64,000 nt of DNA, from the NCBI GenBank assembly GCA_027492205.1, contig JAOZFN010000008.1, positions 30,041-94,040 of the forward strand, in the 5' to 3' direction. Source of the stretch: Thermoproteota archaeon (GTDB lineage Archaea > Korarchaeota > Korarchaeia > Korarchaeales > Korarchaeaceae). The notes below the pieces were generated by a model that was not told where the DNA came from, did no database searches, and worked only from the letters and a program-made list of their open reading frames with translations. Shown in pieces: positions 58,882 through 64,000 of the stretch (its first letter is position 1; each line of letters begins with the position of its first letter). A program made the position numbers and the translations under genes.

Positions 58882-59705
58882 CAGGGCTCGGGAGGATCGA
58901 GGTAATTCCGATCCCCGTTCGGCGGCCCATCGCCCCCGGGGACGACCTCGTCGAGGCGCTCCTCACTGCCTGCGAGGAGCAGGGAGTCTCGCTTCGCAGC
59001 GGAGACGTGGTGGCCGTGGCTTCGAAGGCGGTCTCCGCCTCGCAGGGCAGGATCATCGGGCTGGAGGATCTGAGCCCAGGGGAGCTGGCCCTCTCCATCT
59101 CGAGGGCCACCGGACTGGGCCCTCGGTTCGCCCAGGCGGTCGTGGACGAGGCCGACGAGATCCTGGGGTGCGTCAGACAAGCCGCACTCACGCTGGTCTC
59201 CGGCTCCGCGGTTCCGAACGCCGGAGTCGACGCCAAGAACTCCCCGCCGGGGACGCTCACCGCCTGGCCCCGGGACCCGGACGGGGCGGCGTGGGAGATC
59301 AGGGAGGCCGTCCGGCGCCGGACGGGTGTCAAGGTGGGGGTGCTGATAGTGGACAGCGGCCTCCTCCCGCTAAGGAGGGGCACCGTGGGCCTGGCGATAG
59401 GGGTAGCCGGGCTGGAGCCCCTGAGGGATTACAGGGGGCTGACCGACATCTACGGGAGGGAGGTGAGGATCACCGAGCTCGACGTTGCTGACTCACTGGC
59501 GTCGGCCGCCCACCTGGCCATGGGCGAGGGAGGCGAGATGGTCCCCTTCGTCGTCCTGAGGGGCGCCGGCGTTCAGCTCTCAGAGGGATTCGGCAAGGGG
59601 GACCTGGTCATGGATCCCGAGGAGTGCGCGATCTTGGGCTCTCTGATGTTCAGCACGTGCTCCGGACCCGAGCTCACTCGCCGCCGGGGCGGGCGATCTC
59701 CCTGA
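58878..59705 (+). CDS. cofE: CofE-family gamma-glutamyl ligase
   Basis: I.PGDDL, GDV....SK.VS, NAGVD..N, P.DPD, DS...P.R.G, D.YGR, AD.LAS.A.L.MGE. Confidence 0.92.
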   Translation: MTGLGRIEVIPIPVRRPIAPGDDLVEALLTACEEQGVSLRSGDVVAVASKAVSASQGRIIGLEDLSPGELALSISRATGLGPRFAQAVVDEADEILGCVRQAALTLVSGSAVPNAGVDAKNSPPGTLTAWPRDPDGAAWEIREAVRRRTGVKVGVLIVDSGLLPLRRGTVGLAIGVAGLEPLRDYRGLTDIYGREVRITELDVADSLASAAHLAMGEGGEMVPFVVLRGAGVQLSEGFGKGDLVMDPEECAILGSLMFSTCSGPELTRRRGGRSP

Positions 59706-60540
59706 TTCGACCCACCCGCTCCTCAAGCTCCGCGAATATGTCGTGGGCGTGGACGCTCTCCTGAGACCTGACGGTCACCCGGATCGTCGCCTCGTCGGGC
59801 AAGTCTAGGGACGCGGCCCGGAACGCAATCTCTCTTACGGCGTCCTCGGCCAGCAGGGCGTTTTCCAGCATTGATAAGACGAGCCCCGCCTCCTGCGGGC
59901 GCCTGAGGACGGCCCTCACGGGCGAGCTGGCGCCTCCCTCCACGACCTCGATCAACTCTTCCACCCCAATCCCCTCTATCCTGTGTGCTGCGACCTCAAG
60001 CCTGAACCTCGCCCTCTGGGTGTGCGTGGCGAGTCCCACGGATTCGAGGCCGCGGAGCCTGAAGAGGGTTCGGAGGAGCTCCTGAGTGCAGGGGCACGCC
60101 GTGGTCGCTGCGACCTCCACGGCGATTCTCTCCAGAGTCTCCCCCTCCCTATCCAAGCTCGCGAAGGCTTCTAGCGCGTAGGGCTCGTAGGAGCCGTTCG
60201 GGGGGGCCCTCCTCAGGCCCTCCAGCCTGACCCTCACCTCGGCGCGCGACGCGTAGTCGAGCCTCTCTAGGAGGGCTTCGGCAGTCGACCTAGCCAGCTC
60301 CAAAGGGCCCTCGGCAGAGGAAAGGGCCTCGTAGAGGGCCCTGTTCTGCCTAGAGAGGTCGACTCCCCTGCGCCACTCGGGGAGGTCCACCAGGAGGTCG
60401 ACCTCCGCCGGGTAGCTCTCCCGCCCGACCCTGACGGGTACCCTGAGCCCCACTCCACCCACCCTGTTTAGGCGAATCGGGTGGGCCGGAGGGTCTGCGT
60501 GGATGTCTCTGGCCTCCTCCCCAAGCCTATCGAGGGTCAT
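59674..60540 (-). CDS. mptA: GTP cyclohydrolase FolE2/MptA family
   Basis: L.RVG, VDLP...RG...SR, TACPC, THTQR, ED.VR, ES.H.HD. Confidence 0.9.
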   Translation of the reverse strand: MTLDRLGEEARDIHADPPAHPIRLNRVGGVGLRVPVRVGRESYPAEVDLLVDLPEWRRGVDLSRQNRALYEALSSAEGPLELARSTAEALLERLDYASRAEVRVRLEGLRRAPPNGSYEPYALEAFASLDREGETLERIAVEVAATTACPCTQELLRTLFRLRGLESVGLATHTQRARFRLEVAAHRIEGIGVEELIEVVEGGASSPVRAVLRRPQEAGLVLSMLENALLAEDAVREIAFRAASLDLPDEATIRVTVRSQESVHAHDIFAELEERVGRIREIARPGGE

Positions 60541-60634
60541 ATCTCGTTCTCGACCCCTCGGTTGGGGGTGGTAATGAACGTGTTGCCGAGTAACTTTATG
60601 GGTATCCTGGTCTGCGAAGTCTTCGGTGCTCAGT

Positions 60635-61051
60635 ATGAGGGCTCGGTCCAAGTTAGTTGAGGGATTCAGGTCCGTCATCGATGATGGCAGAGGCCACAGC
60701 GTGGTGACCGACTTGCCGAAGGATATGGGCGGGATGGACACCGCGCCCACGGCTCTGGAACTCGCCGTCATGGCCTTGGCCGGGTGCATCACGACCATCT
60801 TCGCGATGGTCGCGAAGGGCAAGGGTCTGAGCTTCGAGGACATGGAGGTCATCGTGGACGCGGAGAAGCCCGAGGGGGAGAGGACCATAACCTCCGGGAG
60901 GATAAAGGGGATAGTGACGTCAAGCGAGCCCGAGGAGAGGGTCAGGAAGATCTGGGAGGACACGCTGAAGGTCTGCCCCGTCGGAGTGCTCTTCAAGGAG
61001 GCCTGCGTTGAGTTCGAGACCGAGCTGGAGGTGAGGAGGCCGGATCAATGA
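60635..61051 (+). CDS. OsmC family protein
   Basis: GG.D.APT.LEL...ALAGC ... CPV. Confidence 0.9.
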   Translation: MRARSKLVEGFRSVIDDGRGHSVVTDLPKDMGGMDTAPTALELAVMALAGCITTIFAMVAKGKGLSFEDMEVIVDAEKPEGERTITSGRIKGIVTSSEPEERVRKIWEDTLKVCPVGVLFKEACVEFETELEVRRPDQ

Positions 61052-61096
61052 TCCCCCGCCGCCGGGCGGCCTTGTGGCTCCCACCAGCACCTTAAT

Positions 61097-61900
61097 TTGC
61101 CACGCGAGAGGAACCCTGAGGTGGCCGGAACGGAGGACGGCTTTGACTCCATGGCCGAGGATTGGGATCTCCTGATAGTCCTCGACGCGTGCAGGTTCGA
61201 TGCCTTCAAGGATGCGTTCAGCAGGTACTTCGAGGGAGACCTCCGTCGGGTCAGGTCTGAGGGATCCTGCACCCCAGGGTGGTTCAGGCGGACCTTCACT
61301 GGCCGCTGCCCGGGCGTCACATACGTCCCGCCCAACCCCCACATCAACTCCTTGGGGGATGGAGGTCGCTGGCTGTAACGCTGGGGAGCACTTTGACAGG
61401 GTTCTCGACCTGTGGAAGAGTGCGTGGGATCCTCACCTCGGCACGGTCACGCCAGACTCAGTCAATCGCGTTGTCTTGGCCGAGCTTGAGCGAGGGAGAG
61501 GCAGGCGCCTGAGCATGGACCTGGCGCTGAGGCTCCGCGATTCGCTGGGCCTGCCGCCTCTGTCACCGCTTGACGCAACTAGGAGGGCCCACGGGGTGCC
61601 CGGCCTGAGGGAGGCCTACCACGAGAACCTGCTGGTGGTTATGGAGTCCGTTGGGCTGCTGCTATCCTCCCTAGACAGCCTGAAGGTTGCGATAACATCC
61701 GATCACGGCGAGTTCCTGGGGGAGGGTGGGATTACTCCCACCCGTGCGGGGAGATCACCCGCTCCTGAGAACCGTCCCCTACTTCGAGGTCAAGCGCGTG
61801 AAGAGACCAGCTGACCCGGTCTACTCGCGCTACCCGTTGAAGCTCAAAGTGAGGCTCGCATTCGGCAGAGGAACCCCGGATAGGGGCCGGACCTGCTCAA
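61097..61900 (+). pseudogene. sulfatase-like alkaline-phosphatase-core protein, frameshifted
   Basis: WDLLIVLDACRFD, S.GS.T..W, NP, GTV.P, AY.ENL, ITSDHGE.LGE, VPY spread across three frames. Confidence 0.78.
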
Positions 61901-61947
61901 AGGACTGGCCAGAAAGAGGGGAATGGCGGGCGCGGAGCGCCCATCCG

Positions 61948-63306
61948 TCACTCGAGCATCTCCTTCTCGTACTTCTTGAGGTGCTCCACGGCCTCCCTGA
62001 GGTCGCTGAACCTCTGAGACACCTCTCTGACGTCCTCCTCAGTGACCGACTCCCTGCCTAGGGACCTGGCCCTGACCCCGGCTATGCTGAGTATCTGGAC
62101 CGCGTACCTCAGCGACTTCTCGGCTCCGAGCTCCCTCAGCAGCCTGAGGGCGCCGTCCTCCACCCTCACCTTCTCCTCCCTCGCCCTTATCCTGAGGATC
62201 TCCTCGATCTCCTCCGGCGAGTACTTGCTCGTGGTTATGACGACCAGCCTGTCGAGCAGGTCGAGGGGCATGCCGAAGGGGGCGGTGAGGTCGGTCCCCC
62301 TGATCTTCGTCACGCCCCTGTTGGTGGCCATCACGATGATGGGGACGAGCTCGCCCTCCATGGCCCTGCTCAGGAAGCTGAGGGCCTCGATGTCCATGAG
62401 GTGGGCGTCGTCGATGAACAGCACGCCGGGGACTATCTCGCCCCTGCCCTCGTTGACCCAGCCCATCACCTGCTGGTCCACTGCGGCCCTGACCTCTGGG
62501 TCTATCTCCTTCTCCTCGGCCGCTCCGAACAGCAGGCTGAAGATGGAGCCCCCGCCCCTCCTCCTGGCCATGAGCCTGTCCAGGTCGTCCAGCGTCATGG
62601 TGTAGACGAACTCCTTCTCCTTCAGCACGGGCCCGGTGGGCCTGGAAACGGTCCTCACCGCGTCCACGTCGTAGCCTCCCCTCCCCTCGGCCCTGCCGAT
62701 CTTGGAGACCCTGCCAGACTCGGCGTCGATCATGATCACGTCGCCCTCCTCGACGCCCATCTCCACCAGCTGCTGGGCGACGTTGGGGCCGACCTTGAGG
62801 GTCTTCTCCTCCTCGTCGGTCTTGAGGGATATCACGGCGCTCTGCGGCACCTTGACGAACGGGTTGAACGGGCTCGAGCCCATCTTGACGTCCAGGCTGG
62901 TGACCTCGCCCTCGTAGACCCTCCTGACGTCCTTGAGCCTGACGCCTATCGCCTTGCGCATGGCCTCCATCAGCACCTCGGTCTTCTTCCTCTCGGCGCT
63001 GTAGATCTCGGAGCCGCTCATCTGGATGAACGGAACGTCCTCGCCGAGTTCTCTGGCTATCCCGAGGGCTATGGCGGTCTTCCCAGTTCCCGGCGGCCCC
63101 GCGAGCAGGACGGCCTTCCCGCTGAGCTTCCCCTCCTTGGCCATCTGCACCACCAGACCTGCGGCCTCCCTGGCCTTCAGCTGGCCGACGAGTCCGTCGC
63201 CCACGGGCAGGGCCTTCATATTCTCGTCGAGCCCCAGCCCCTTGACGTGGCTGTGGGCGCCCACCCTCTCAACCCTGCGCGGCCCTATCTCCTCTATCTC
63301 GGGCAA
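61948..63306 (-). CDS. TIP49/RuvB-like AAA+ ATPase
   Basis: AHSHVKGLGL, GLVGQ..AREA, GPPGTGKT, SEIYS, PGVLFIDD.H, ATNRG, DLLDR, SLRYA; TTG after GGTGA. Confidence 0.96.
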   Translation of the reverse strand: MPEIEEIGPRRVERVGAHSHVKGLGLDENMKALPVGDGLVGQLKAREAAGLVVQMAKEGKLSGKAVLLAGPPGTGKTAIALGIARELGEDVPFIQMSGSEIYSAERKKTEVLMEAMRKAIGVRLKDVRRVYEGEVTSLDVKMGSSPFNPFVKVPQSAVISLKTDEEEKTLKVGPNVAQQLVEMGVEEGDVIMIDAESGRVSKIGRAEGRGGYDVDAVRTVSRPTGPVLKEKEFVYTMTLDDLDRLMARRRGGGSIFSLLFGAAEEKEIDPEVRAAVDQQVMGWVNEGRGEIVPGVLFIDDAHLMDIEALSFLSRAMEGELVPIIVMATNRGVTKIRGTDLTAPFGMPLDLLDRLVVITTSKYSPEEIEEILRIRAREEKVRVEDGALRLLRELGAEKSLRYAVQILSIAGVRARSLGRESVTEEDVREVSQRFSDLREAVEHLKKYEKEMLE

Positions 63307-63353
63307 GGGCTCACCCCCGACGCCCGACCGGGGGGGCGTCAAAAAGATTGACC

Positions 63354-64000
<647 letters not shown>

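Noticed and set aside
59674-60996. 440-aa MptA with long N-terminal extension
   Set aside because: The extension is antisense to the OsmC gene; the likely start is ATG at 60540
62380-62430. TIP49 Walker B reading DDAH as an inactivating change
   Set aside because: Recalled as a variant in other crenarchaeal TIP49 proteins; the rest of the gene is intact

Overview
High-GC archaeal chromosomal window, TACK-like by gene content (Nre with PIP box, TIP49, RNase HII, ADP-forming acetate-CoA ligase, TATA/GGTGA signals). No rRNA, tRNA, CRISPR array or intact transposase was recognised. The core (about 9.3-36.3 kb) is a cell-envelope island: flippase, probable S-layer glycoprotein, GT4/GT2 enzymes and two giant paralogous GT-C-like membrane proteins that share a 232-bp identical segment. 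It also holds four cytoplasmic alkaline-phosphatase/NPP-superfamily enzymes, two small RHH proteins ending in RLRxLGYL, and a PAPS-supply operon (sat, DHH phosphatase, cysC, TauE pseudogene), with no canonical sulfotransferase or PAPS reductase in the window. The best candidate for an undescribed system is a non-canonical PAPS-dependent surface-glycan sulfation pathway. A second notable cluster (56.8-60.5 kb) is a mosaic pterin/folate pathway: FolE2/MptA, MptE, a domain-permuted FolP and CofE. The rest is housekeeping genes, a long bactofilin-like beta-helix protein, and many intact or decayed toxin-antitoxin pairs. All family calls come from motif recognition by eye, not database searches.
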